NCBI GenBank assembly: GCA_963809895.1
Contig: CAWELD010000003.1
Location: 1,280,001 to 1,344,000, forward strand
Direction: 5' to 3'
Length of the DNA: 64,000 bases
Origin: an uncultured Gemmatimonadales bacterium
GTDB taxonomy: Bacteria > Gemmatimonadota > Gemmatimonadetes > Longimicrobiales > Gaopeijiaceae
The notes under the pieces: model-generated
Databases searched by the model: none
Seen by the model: the letters and a program-made list of their open reading frames with translations, nothing else
What the model was told of the DNA's origin: nothing
Part shown: positions 39,225 to 50,215 of the stretch, one piece after another
How the letters are laid out: the number at the start of each line of letters is the position of its first letter
Position numbering within the stretch: position 1 is the stretch's first letter
Translations under genes and position numbers: made by a program

Positions 39225-41990
39225 TCAACCGGAATCGTCGCCTCCGCCCGCGTTGCTGAGCAGGGCGCGCAGTCGTGCCAGCGCCTCACCGAACCCCGAC
39301 CAATCGCCCGCCCGCAGGCGCGACTCGGCGAGGTCCAGGAGATCCAGCGCCTCGGCCGGCAGACCCGAGGGCGGTTGGACCCCGGCGGATGGCTCCCCGG
39401 CGGGCTCGGACCTCGACGGTTGTGCCTCGCCCGAGAGCGCCTGGACGGCGGCCGCCAGCGACTCCTGCATGGTCACGCGCTGGCCGTCGCTGACGACGAA
39501 GCGCCGCAGCTCGGGAATCGCATCGGCCTCGGCGGCCAGAAAGACCGGCTCCATGTAGACGAGACGTTCTCCCACCGGGACCACGTGCAGGTGCCCGGTC
39601 CACACGCTGCTCCCTCCCTGTCGCCAGAGCGAGAACTGCTGACTGATCTCCGGATCCTGCTCTACCAACGCCTCCACCTGGCGGGGGCCGGGAAGCTGGT
39701 TCTCGAGAAGCCCGTCGAAGAGGCGCAGGCGAAAGGTCCCGTCGGGACGGAGCTCTCCGGCCAGGAGCGCCGCCAGGTTCTGGCGACCCGTGGGTACGAA
39801 GGAGGTGACGAGCTGGAAGCGGGGCGTGGAGTCCCCGGGCATGCGCAGGAGCCCGTATTCCGGCCGGTACTCCACGGGCCTCTCGGTCTGGGTCAGCTCC
39901 TGCGGATGCGACCACACGTCCTGTTGGCCGAAGAAGGTCAAGGGATCGTTCTGATGATACTGGCGCAGCACCTCGGCCTGCAGCGCCAGGAACGTCCGCG
40001 GGTAGCGCAGGTGCTCGCGGATGGCCTCCGGCATCTCGTCCAGGGCACGGAAGAGCCCCGGAAAGGCACGGGCGTAGGTGTCACGGACCGGATCGGCGCC
40101 CGGCAGTGCGTAGAAGGTCGTCTCGCCGGTGACGGCATCCACCGTGACCTTCACGCTGTTGCGCACGTAGCTCACCGGGCGCCGGAACTCCAGCGCGAAC
40201 GCCCGCGACAGCGGAAACGAACGCGTCGCGGTGAACCCTTCCAACACCCAGACCAGGCGTCCGCCCGCCAGCACCGGATACGGGGACTCGGGATAGCGCA
40301 GGAAGGGCGCCACCGCCTGGGCCCGGTCCAGCACACCCCGGCGCAGCACCAGCCGGCTCTCCGGACCGACCTCGGACGAGAACAGCACGTTCGCCTCGCG
40401 CAGATACCAGGCGAACAGGAGCTTGCGGAGCCCCGCGACGGGGATGCCGGTGGGAAAGTCAACGCCGGCCACGCCCGGGGTCGAATCCGCGGCCATGAAC
40501 GCCGAGTCGGTGGGATTGACCAGGGCGTACGGCTGTGAACGGATCCCGACGAAGACCGACGAGCGCTGGAGGTTCAGCGCCGGCGGAGCGTCGCCGCCGA
40601 CGAAGGTGGCCGGAATTCCCGCGAGGAAGTTCTCGGGGCGACCCTCGGGGGTGCGGGCGGAAGCGTCCACCGCTACCGCGCCGTTCCCCGCGATGTAGCG
40701 ATCACGCAGGTGGAGGTTCTGCCAGTTGGGCTCCTCGATGCCGGCCGGATCCACCTCGCGCACCGCCAGCGCCACCGGAACCGTGGACCCGTCGGGCCGT
40801 TGATAGCGGTCGACGAAGACGCCGCCGAAGTCGTAGTAGCGCCGGCGTGCCTCCACCTCGCGAAAGGCCGTGAGCAGGGTGTTGGCGGACCACACCGGCA
40901 GCCCCGCGAACTGGCGGCTGGCTTCGGCCCAGTCCACGTCGCCTTCGCGCTGGGCGTCGTAGCGGACGCGCTCCAGGGAATCCAACCCGAACCCGAGGCG
41001 CGTGAACTCCAGAGAGCGCGCGATGTAGGGCGATTCCCGGCCCAGCTCGTTGGGCACGACCTGAAAACGCTGGATGACCGACGGGTAGATGCGGCCCACC
41101 CCGATGGCGGCGACGATGACGCCACCGATGCCCGCAGCCGCCGGCAGCAGCCGGTTCTTCCACGCGCCCAGCAGCACCCCCGCCGCCCCGGCCAGCGTCA
41201 CCAGCGCCTGCAGGGGAAGCGTCCGCATGCGGGCGTGCTCGTCGGTGTACCCGAAGATGCTCTGGACGTCCGAGGAGCCGAAGAGCAGCAGCACCGGCAT
41301 CCCCAGAAGCATGTGGGCGGCAATCAGTACCAGGAAGCTCGCCACCAGCACGCCCATGTGCTTGCGAGCCGGATCGGTCATCACCACCCCGCCCTGCCCG
41401 AACCGCAACGATCCGGTGGTGGCGTAGCCCGCGGTGACCACCGTGAAGGCCAGGAACACCACCACCATGAGGAAGGTGACGGAAATCCGCAGAATGGGGA
41501 GCGAGAAGACGAAGAACGACAGGTCCAGACCCAGGAACGGATCCGTCTGCCCCCACGGGACCTTCGACATCTGGAACAGCGCCGAGAGCGCGCTGCCATC
41601 GGGCACCGACGCCGCGAACCACGCCGCCAGCAGCACCGACAACGACACGATGGTGGTCGTCACGTAGTGCGCGGGCAGGCGCTCTGCGATCTCCAGATTC
41701 CCGAACCGGCGCTTGATGTGGAGCGTGCCGAGGCTGCGGGCCACCACCCTCAGGTTCAGGTGAATGAGGAATCCCACCACCAGGAAGACCAGGAGACGCA
41801 CACCCCACACCCAGGCGAAGGTGCGCCAGAAGACGGACGCGTAGCCCATCTCCCGGTACCAGAGGGCATCGACGTACAGCGCGGTGGCCGCGCGGCTCCC
41901 TACCAGCCCGAGGATGACCACCGCCGCCAGGGCGATGGCGAGGCGGGCTCCGCGGAGCTTTCGGATCGCATCGAGCAGTGAACGGGCCAT
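39225..41990 (-). CDS. UPF0182 family membrane protein
   Basis: N-terminal TM helices, DPFLGLDLSFFVFSLP, PNELGRESPYI, YVRNSVKVTVDAVTG, HLRYP. Start ATG 41990. Confidence 0.88.
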   Translation of the reverse strand: MARSLLDAIRKLRGARLAIALAAVVILGLVGSRAATALYVDALWYREMGYASVFWRTFAWVWGVRLLVFLVVGFLIHLNLRVVARSLGTLHIKRRFGNLEIAERLPAHYVTTTIVSLSVLLAAWFAASVPDGSALSALFQMSKVPWGQTDPFLGLDLSFFVFSLPILRISVTFLMVVVFLAFTVVTAGYATTGSLRFGQGGVVMTDPARKHMGVLVASFLVLIAAHMLLGMPVLLLFGSSDVQSIFGYTDEHARMRTLPLQALVTLAGAAGVLLGAWKNRLLPAAAGIGGVIVAAIGVGRIYPSVIQRFQVVPNELGRESPYIARSLEFTRLGFGLDSLERVRYDAQREGDVDWAEASRQFAGLPVWSANTLLTAFREVEARRRYYDFGGVFVDRYQRPDGSTVPVALAVREVDPAGIEEPNWQNLHLRDRYIAGNGAVAVDASARTPEGRPENFLAGIPATFVGGDAPPALNLQRSSVFVGIRSQPYALVNPTDSAFMAADSTPGVAGVDFPTGIPVAGLRKLLFAWYLREANVLFSSEVGPESRLVLRRGVLDRAQAVAPFLRYPESPYPVLAGGRLVWVLEGFTATRSFPLSRAFALEFRRPVSYVRNSVKVTVDAVTGETTFYALPGADPVRDTYARAFPGLFRALDEMPEAIREHLRYPRTFLALQAEVLRQYHQNDPLTFFGQQDVWSHPQELTQTERPVEYRPEYGLLRMPGDSTPRFQLVTSFVPTGRQNLAALLAGELRPDGTFRLRLFDGLLENQLPGPRQVEALVEQDPEISQQFSLWRQGGSSVWTGHLHVVPVGERLVYMEPVFLAAEADAIPELRRFVVSDGQRVTMQESLAAAVQALSGEAQPSRSEPAGEPSAGVQPPSGLPAEALDLLDLAESRLRAGDWSGFGEALARLRALLSNAGGGDDSG

Positions 41991-42004
41991 GGCGCGCGGC
42001 GGCC

Positions 42005-43375
42005 TCAGCCGACGCCCTGATCCCGCAGCCAACCTTCCACGACGCTGCGGATCTCCTGGAGCCGTTCCTCGGTGCGCGCCTCGAAGCGGGCCACCAGTAC
42101 GGGCTGCGTGTTGGAGGCCCTCAGAAGCCCCCAGCCGTCCCCGAACAGGATGCGCACCCCATCCACGTCGATGACGTCGTACTCCTTGCGGAAGTGTTCC
42201 AGGGCCCGGTCCACCAGCCCGAACTTGGACTCCTCGGTAACCTCGATGCGGATCTCGGGCGTGGACACGTACTTCGGGAAGGCCGCCACGCGCTGGGACA
42301 GGGGCTCGGACGAGCGCGCCACGATGTCGATGAGGAGGCAGGCATCGTAGAGGGCATCGTCGAATCCCAGGTAGTCCTCACCACCGACGCAGATGTGGCC
42401 GCTGAGCTCGCCGGCCAGCGCCGCACCGGTCTCCTTCATCTTCTGTTTCATGAGCGAGTGGCCGGTCTTCCACATGATGGGCTCGCCGCCCGCCTCGGCG
42501 AAGACCTCCGGGAGCGCCTGCGAGCACTTCACGTCGAACACCAGCTTCTGGGGCGCCCCCCTGCGCTCCAGGAGATCCAGACCGAAGAGGAGGAGGATCA
42601 GATCACCTCGCACCACCTCACCGTGCTCGTCCACGGCGCCGAGGCGGTCCGCGTCACCATCGAACGCGATGCCCAGGTCGGCCCCGGTGGCGCGCACCTC
42701 GGCGATGAGGTCCTGCAGATACTCGTCCACCGTGGGGTCGGGATGGTGGTTCGGGAAGGTCCCGTCGGAGACGCAGTAGAGCGGCACCACGTCGGCGCCC
42801 AGATCCTCCAGGAGCTGCACGGCGACCAGCGATCCGCTGCCGTTGCCGCAGTCCACCGCCACCTTCACCGGGCGGGTCAGGTCGAAGCGCCGCGCCACGT
42901 CCTTCCGGTAATCGTCCAGAACGTCTCGCGTCTCCAGGCCGCCGCTGCCCGACATCAGATCGTCGGCTTCGATGCGGCGGTACATCTCCTGGATGGACTC
43001 GCCGAAGAAGGAGCCGCCCAGCATGGACATCTTGATGCCGTTCCATTCCGGCGGATTGTGCGAGCCGGTCACCTGGATGCCCCCGTCGGTTCCCAGCGTC
43101 TTCTCCGCCCAGTAGACCACCGGGGTGGGCACGGTGGCGATGTCCAGCACGTCGACGCCCCCGGCGCGGAGGCCCCGCACGAGCCCGGAAGCCAGATCCG
43201 GAGAGCTGGGTCGGTTGTCCCTGCCGACCACCACGCGGGGAGTCCGGTCGGGAAGCGCCTCACGGATGGCGGTGGCGTACGCGCGCCCGACGGACTCGGC
43301 CACCGAGGCGTCCAGGTCGGTGCCCACGATGCCGCGGACGTCGTATTGCCTGAAGATGTGGGGCGCCAGGGCCAT
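42005..43375 (-). CDS. Phosphomannomutase/phosphoglucomutase
   Basis: FRQYDVRG, TGSHNP, FDGDADR, GELSGH, RASNTQP. Confidence 0.95.
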   Translation of the reverse strand: MALAPHIFRQYDVRGIVGTDLDASVAESVGRAYATAIREALPDRTPRVVVGRDNRPSSPDLASGLVRGLRAGGVDVLDIATVPTPVVYWAEKTLGTDGGIQVTGSHNPPEWNGIKMSMLGGSFFGESIQEMYRRIEADDLMSGSGGLETRDVLDDYRKDVARRFDLTRPVKVAVDCGNGSGSLVAVQLLEDLGADVVPLYCVSDGTFPNHHPDPTVDEYLQDLIAEVRATGADLGIAFDGDADRLGAVDEHGEVVRGDLILLLFGLDLLERRGAPQKLVFDVKCSQALPEVFAEAGGEPIMWKTGHSLMKQKMKETGAALAGELSGHICVGGEDYLGFDDALYDACLLIDIVARSSEPLSQRVAAFPKYVSTPEIRIEVTEESKFGLVDRALEHFRKEYDVIDVDGVRILFGDGWGLLRASNTQPVLVARFEARTEERLQEIRSVVEGWLRDQGVG

Positions 43376-43458
43376 GCTTGCACCTGCTGCTGGATGAGAC
43401 CTCTGAAGCCCGCCTACCCGGCAGGCTTCCGAAGCACCGACGTTCGGGTCTATGCCCC

Positions 43459-43489
43459 GGACCCGCGGGGGTTCCTCCCAGGCGGGTCC
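43459..43489 (-). terminator. Hairpin downstream of nuoN
   Basis: ggacccgc...gcgggtcc inverted repeat about 20 bp after the nuoN stop; a second hairpin gaagcc...ggcttc lies nearer PMM. Confidence 0.4.
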
Positions 43490-43510
43490 CGGCCGGCCGC
43501 GGGTGACTCG

Positions 43511-45043
43511 CTAGCGCACCATCCCCATGAAGACCCCGCCCACCGACGCGAGGCTGGAAACGCTGCTCCGGGCGAACTCCATGAGCCCCGAAGGGAAGAT
43601 CCCCAGGAACAGGATGGCGACGACCCCCACCACCAACGCCGCGCGGACGGTGAGCGGGACCGGCAGGAGCCGCTCCTCACCGGCGCGGGTCGGGTCCTTC
43701 ATCCACGTGTACCAGGCCACACGCAGGTAGTAGTAGTACGACACCACCGTGGTCAGGACCAGGATGACCGACAGGGTCCAGAGCTGGGCGTCCACGGCGC
43801 CCTGGAGAAGATAGATCTTGCCCATGAAGCCCGCGGTCCCGGGAAAGCCCGCCAGGGACAGCAGGAAGATGGTCAGGACCACGCCCAGCATGGGCTGGCG
43901 GTGTCCGAGCCCGGCGTAGTCGTCGAGCTGGAGGTTCTCTTCGCCCTGCAGACCGACGGTCATGACCACGGCGAAGGCGCCCATGTTCATGATGACGTAG
44001 ACCAGCAGGTAGAAGAGCATGCCCGCCGCCGCCATCTGGTTGGCCGCGGCCAGCGCCACCATCAGATAGCCCGCGTGGGCGATGCTGGAGTAGGCCAGCA
44101 TGCGCTTCACGTTGGTCTGAACCAGGGCCACCAGGTTCGCCACCACCATGGTGATGGCGGCCAGCCACCACATGATGGGATACCAGGTCTCGTACACGCC
44201 CTGGAAGGCCACCATGAAGACGCGCAGGAACGTGACGAAGGCGGCGGCCTTCACGGCCACCGACATGAACGCGGTGACGGGAATGGGCGCGCCCTCGTAG
44301 ACGTCGGGCGTCCACATGTGGAAGGGGACCACCGAGACCTTGAAGGCGAAACCCACGGCCACCAGCGCCACCCCCGCGATGAGCAGTCCCTGCTGCGCCG
44401 CGCCGCTTTCCACCGCCAGCGCCACCTGGACGATATTGGTGGTACCGGTGGCCCCGTAGACCAGCGCGAGCCCGTAGAGGAAGAAGCCCGTGGAGAAGGC
44501 CCCCAGCAGGAAATACTTGAGCCCGGCTTCGGCCGAGCGCCGGTCACGCCGGTTGAACGCGGTGAGTGCGTAGACCGAGATCGACATCACCTCCAGGCCC
44601 AGGAACACCACCATGAGATCGCGGGCGCCGGCCATGAACATCATGCCGGCGGTGGCGAACAGGATGAGGGCGTAGAACTCTCCCGCCTGCAGCCGCTGCC
44701 GGTAGACGTAGGTGAACGACATGACCACGGCCAACGCCGCCGCCGCCAGGAAGATCCAGTTGGCGAACAGGCGGAATCCGTCCACCGCCACCATGCCCGC
44801 GGTGCCCACCTCGGTGACGCCGTACAGCCACCCGTTGGCCAGCGCGGCGGTCAGGATGCCCGCCAGCGCCAGGATCGCCAGGTCGGTGGGCGGTCCGGCG
44901 GGTGTGGCGCCACCCTCGGAGCTCCGTTCGCTACGGTGGCCCGACACCCCGGTCAGAAGCACGCCCGTGGCCCACGCGCACAGGAGAATCTCGGGCAACA
45001 GCGCCCAGACGTAGTGTAGCTGTCGGCTGAAGTCGAGCTGCAT
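43511..45043 (-). CDS. nuoN: NADH-quinone oxidoreductase subunit N
   Basis: EAGLKYFLLG, PFHMWTPDVYEGAP, KRMLAYSSIAHAGY. Confidence 0.96.
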   Translation of the reverse strand: MQLDFSRQLHYVWALLPEILLCAWATGVLLTGVSGHRSERSSEGGATPAGPPTDLAILALAGILTAALANGWLYGVTEVGTAGMVAVDGFRLFANWIFLAAAALAVVMSFTYVYRQRLQAGEFYALILFATAGMMFMAGARDLMVVFLGLEVMSISVYALTAFNRRDRRSAEAGLKYFLLGAFSTGFFLYGLALVYGATGTTNIVQVALAVESGAAQQGLLIAGVALVAVGFAFKVSVVPFHMWTPDVYEGAPIPVTAFMSVAVKAAAFVTFLRVFMVAFQGVYETWYPIMWWLAAITMVVANLVALVQTNVKRMLAYSSIAHAGYLMVALAAANQMAAAGMLFYLLVYVIMNMGAFAVVMTVGLQGEENLQLDDYAGLGHRQPMLGVVLTIFLLSLAGFPGTAGFMGKIYLLQGAVDAQLWTLSVILVLTTVVSYYYYLRVAWYTWMKDPTRAGEERLLPVPLTVRAALVVGVVAILFLGIFPSGLMEFARSSVSSLASVGGVFMGMVR

Positions 45044-45048
45044 GAGCG

Positions 45049-46665
<1,617 letters not shown>

Positions 46666-46678
46666 GGTCGGCGCCCTC

Positions 46679-48835
46679 CTACAGGACTACCACGCCGAGG
46701 ATCACCAGCACCCCGAGCGTGAGGATGAATGCGTAGGTGTTCACGGATCCGGTCTGGAAGAGGCTTCCGAACCAGCCCACGGCTTTCGTCACCCCTCCGG
46801 CGGCGTTGACCGTGCCGTCGATGAGCACCGAGTCGATCACCTTCCAGAAGGCGCGCGAGGTGGCGACGATGGGCCGCACCACGATGCGGTCGTAGAGCTC
46901 GTCGACGTACCACTTGTGATAGAGCACGCGCTTGAAGCCGGTGGGCTCCGGCGAGTCGGCCGCCGGGACGATCTTCCAGCGACTCACGGCCAGGATGGCC
47001 AGCACCACGACCACCGCCGCCGCCACGGTGGAGATCAGGCCCCAGGTCAGCTCGCCGCCGCCGAAGGGCGCTTGCTCCAGGAAGGCGCCGACGTGCTCGG
47101 CACGGATCTCGGTGGCCCGCTCGGTGAGGGGCTCGAGCCAGTGGTGCAACCACTCACTCATGGGCAGCGCCCCACCCAGGCCGAAGAAGGACTCGCGCAC
47201 GGCCTCGGGCACGTTGATCCAGCCCCCGAACGTCGACAGGAGCGCCAGCACGGTGAGCGGCACCGTCATGGTGAGAGGCGCCTCGTGCAGATGGCGCGAT
47301 TCCTCGTCGCCGGTGCGGTTGGCTCCGTGAAAGGTCATGACCATGAGGCGGGTCATGTAGAACGCCGTCAGCATGGCCGCAGCCAGCGCCAGGACCCAAT
47401 AGACCTTGTAGAAGCCGGCGTACGGTCCCGCCGCCGCCGCGCCGGCGTACCAGATGATCTCGTCCTTGGAGAAGAACCCGGCGAAGGGCCAGATCCCGGA
47501 GATGGCCAGCGTGGCGGCCCACATGGTGAGCGCCGTCAGCGGCATGAACTTCCGGAGCCCGCCCATGTTGCGCATGTCCTGGGCGTCCATGTCGCTGTGC
47601 GTGTGATGCAGCGCGTGGTGCATGGAGTGGATGACCGCACCCGACCCCAGGAAGAGCAGCGCCTTGAAGAAGGCGTGCGTCATGAGGTGGAAGATGCCCG
47701 CCGTGTAGGCGCCCACGCCCACGCCCAGGAACATGTAGCCGAGCTGGGAGACCGTGGAGTAGGCCAGGACCTTCTTGATGTCGTACTGCGCCAGCGCGAT
47801 GGTGGCGGCGAACAGCGCCGTGGCCACGCCGATGCCCGCCACGGTCACACCGCCCACCGGCGAGAGGGCGAAGAGCACCGACGAGCGCGCCACCATGTAG
47901 ACCCCGGCGGTGACCATGGTCGCCGCGTGGATCAGCGCCGAGACCGGCGTGGGGCCCGCCATGGCGTCGGGCAACCACACGTACAGGGGGATCTGCGCGC
48001 TCTTCCCCGTCGCGCCGAGCAGCAGGAAGAGCGTGACGGCCGTGATCACGCCGCCTCCGTAGACCAGCTCCTCGGGCGCCCGCCCGAACACCTCGACGAA
48101 GTCCAGGGTCCCGAACTGGGCGAAGAGGATGAAGAGGGCGATCAGGAAGCCGAAGTCACCGATGCGGTTGACGATGAACGCCTTCTTGCCGGCATCGGAC
48201 TTCTCCCGATCGGAGAACCAGAAGCCGATGAGGAGATAGGAGCACAGCCCCACCCCCTCCCAACCCACGAACATGACCGGGAAGCTGGCCCCGGTCACCA
48301 GCACCAGCATGAAGAAGACGAACAGGTTCAGGTAGGCGAAGTACCGGGGGTAGCCCGGATCGTCCTTCATGTAGCCCACGCTGAACACGTGGATCAGGAA
48401 GCCCACCCCGGTGACCACCAGCATCATCACCATGCTGAGCTGGTCGAGCTGGAGCGCCGCGTCGACGTGGAAGGCCCCGGTGGAGATCCAGGTCCAGTAG
48501 CGGACCACCACAGGCTCGTGGAGCTCCACCCCACGCATGCGCAGGAAATTGACCGCCACCAGCACGAAGGCCAGGAAGAGCACCCCCGGCCCGATCAGGC
48601 TCGGCAGGGTGTGCGTGACCGGCCGGCCACCGGTGTCCAGATCCAGCTCGCCCCCCGCCCGGACCGCGTCGGCCGAGCGGCGAGCGTGGCTGAGCGCCAG
48701 CACCCCGTTGATCAGGAAGCCCAGCAGCGGGAGCAGGACGATGAGACCCGGAAGGAAGGGCTCGAAGCCGCCGGCACCCGCCGCGCGCTCGGCCGCCTCC
48801 TGGGCCATCCGGAACATCCCGAAGGGTCCGCTCAT
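46679..48835 (-). CDS. nuoL: NADH-quinone oxidoreductase subunit L
   Basis: GWEGVGLCSYLLIGFW, GKSAQIPL, WLPDAMAGPTPVSALIHAATM, THAFFKALLFL. Confidence 0.96.
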   Translation of the reverse strand: MSGPFGMFRMAQEAAERAAGAGGFEPFLPGLIVLLPLLGFLINGVLALSHARRSADAVRAGGELDLDTGGRPVTHTLPSLIGPGVLFLAFVLVAVNFLRMRGVELHEPVVVRYWTWISTGAFHVDAALQLDQLSMVMMLVVTGVGFLIHVFSVGYMKDDPGYPRYFAYLNLFVFFMLVLVTGASFPVMFVGWEGVGLCSYLLIGFWFSDREKSDAGKKAFIVNRIGDFGFLIALFILFAQFGTLDFVEVFGRAPEELVYGGGVITAVTLFLLLGATGKSAQIPLYVWLPDAMAGPTPVSALIHAATMVTAGVYMVARSSVLFALSPVGGVTVAGIGVATALFAATIALAQYDIKKVLAYSTVSQLGYMFLGVGVGAYTAGIFHLMTHAFFKALLFLGSGAVIHSMHHALHHTHSDMDAQDMRNMGGLRKFMPLTALTMWAATLAISGIWPFAGFFSKDEIIWYAGAAAAGPYAGFYKVYWVLALAAAMLTAFYMTRLMVMTFHGANRTGDEESRHLHEAPLTMTVPLTVLALLSTFGGWINVPEAVRESFFGLGGALPMSEWLHHWLEPLTERATEIRAEHVGAFLEQAPFGGGELTWGLISTVAAAVVVVLAILAVSRWKIVPAADSPEPTGFKRVLYHKWYVDELYDRIVVRPIVATSRAFWKVIDSVLIDGTVNAAGGVTKAVGWFGSLFQTGSVNTYAFILTLGVLVILGVVVL

Positions 48836-48839
48836 GACG

Positions 48840-49133
48840 TCACCACTTCAGGAGGTTGAAGGAGTCCACGTTGACCGTCTCGTAGTGGCGGAAGATGGAG
48901 ATGATGATGGCCAGCCCCACCGCCGCTTCGGCGGCGGCCACGGTCATGACGAAGAAGACGAACACCTGGCCTTCCACGCCCAGCGCCCGTGACAGGGCGA
49001 CCAGCGTCAGGTTGACGGCGTTGAGCTGCAGCTCGATGCACAGGAACATGATGATGGCGTTCCTCCGCACCAGAACGCCGAAGGTCCCGATCACGAACAG
49101 GATGGCACTGAGGACCAGCGCTTCGGAGAGCAT
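48840..49133 (-). CDS. nuoK: NADH-quinone oxidoreductase subunit K
   Basis: [25 protein letters not shown]. Confidence 0.95.
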   Translation of the reverse strand: MLSEALVLSAILFVIGTFGVLVRRNAIIMFLCIELQLNAVNLTLVALSRALGVEGQVFVFFVMTVAAAEAAVGLAIIISIFRHYETVNVDSFNLLKW

Positions 49134-49145
49134 GGCGGCGTCCTC

Positions 49146-49670
49146 CTACGAGACGTGGCGCTTGGCGAGGACCAGGGCCCCCACGATGGCCACCAGGAGC
49201 AGGATCCCGGTGATCTCGAAGGGAACGACGTAGGTGGTGAAGAGCGGTTCGGCGATCACGCCGACCGCCCCCTTCTGCGCCAGCGCCGCGTCCATGGCCT
49301 CGGTGCCGTTCAGGAACGGGAAGAGCGCGCTCTCCCCTCCGCCGAAGCGGCGCGCCAGCAGACCCGCCAGCGCGCCGGACATGGCGAAGGCCAACACGGC
49401 CCACAGGCCTCCGTGGATGTCCCGCCGGTAATCGTGCCCCAGGTTCAGGAGCATGATCACGAACAGGAAGAGGACCATGATGGCGCCGGCGTACACGATC
49501 ACCTGCACCGCCGCCAGGAAGTGGGCCTCCAGCAGCACGTAGATGCCGGCGACGCTGGCCAGGGTGGTCACCATGAAGAGGAGGCTGGAGACGGGGCTCC
49601 GGCCCATGACCACGCCCAGCGCGCCACCCACGGCCACCGCCGCGAAGATGAAGAAGAGGATGTCAGCCAC
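49146..49670 (-). CDS. nuoJ: NADH-quinone oxidoreductase subunit J
   Basis: QVIVYAGAIMVLFLFVIML, PFEITGILLL. Confidence 0.95.
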   Translation of the reverse strand: MADILFFIFAAVAVGGALGVVMGRSPVSSLLFMVTTLASVAGIYVLLEAHFLAAVQVIVYAGAIMVLFLFVIMLLNLGHDYRRDIHGGLWAVLAFAMSGALAGLLARRFGGGESALFPFLNGTEAMDAALAQKGAVGVIAEPLFTTYVVPFEITGILLLVAIVGALVLAKRHVS

Positions 49671-49679
49671 GGGCCCTCC

Positions 49680-50180
49680 TCATTCGGAACGGGGATCCGA
49701 GGGATCCCAGAGGAGGGTCGTGGGATGCTCCTGCTCCATGAGCCGATCCAGGTCGTAGACGAAGCGGTCGCGGGTGTACTCGGCGTTCTCGAAGTGTCGC
49801 CCCACGTGGATGGCCTCCACCGGGCAGACCTCCTGGCACATCCCGCAGAAGATGCAGCGGAACTCGTCGATCTCGTAGACGATGGGATAGCGGTTGCCCT
49901 GGTCGTCCTCGCCTCCGACGAGGCGGATGCAGTTGGCCGGGCACACCGTCGGGCACAGGCCGCAGGCGACGCACTTGGGCCGTCCGTCGGCGTGTACCTC
50001 CATGCGGTGCGTGCCCCGCCAGCGGGGAGCCAGCTCGGGCTGCTCCTCCGGGTACTGGAGGGTGATCTTGTTGGGATTGACCAGATGCTTGAAGGTCAGC
50101 GCCATGCCCTTGAGGGCGGCGCGCAGGTACGACGTGCTCCCCGGCTCGGGGCGTCGCATCACCTTGACCGAAACTGCCAT
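49680..50180 (-). CDS. nuoI: NADH-quinone oxidoreductase subunit I
   Basis: TLQYPE, CVACGLCPTVCP, CIFCGMCQEVCP. Start ATG 50180. Confidence 0.95.
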   Translation of the reverse strand: MAVSVKVMRRPEPGSTSYLRAALKGMALTFKHLVNPNKITLQYPEEQPELAPRWRGTHRMEVHADGRPKCVACGLCPTVCPANCIRLVGGEDDQGNRYPIVYEIDEFRCIFCGMCQEVCPVEAIHVGRHFENAEYTRDRFVYDLDRLMEQEHPTTLLWDPSDPRSE

Positions 50181-50215
50181 GACGTGTCCTCGGAGGTCGT
50201 CGTCTCGAGTCGCGC

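Noticed and set aside
41978..45019. 1013-aa plus-strand ORF and similar long antisense ORFs across the nuo, fab and sdh genes
   Set aside because: They lie opposite well-conserved genes, show no recognisable motifs and reflect GC-rich codon bias.
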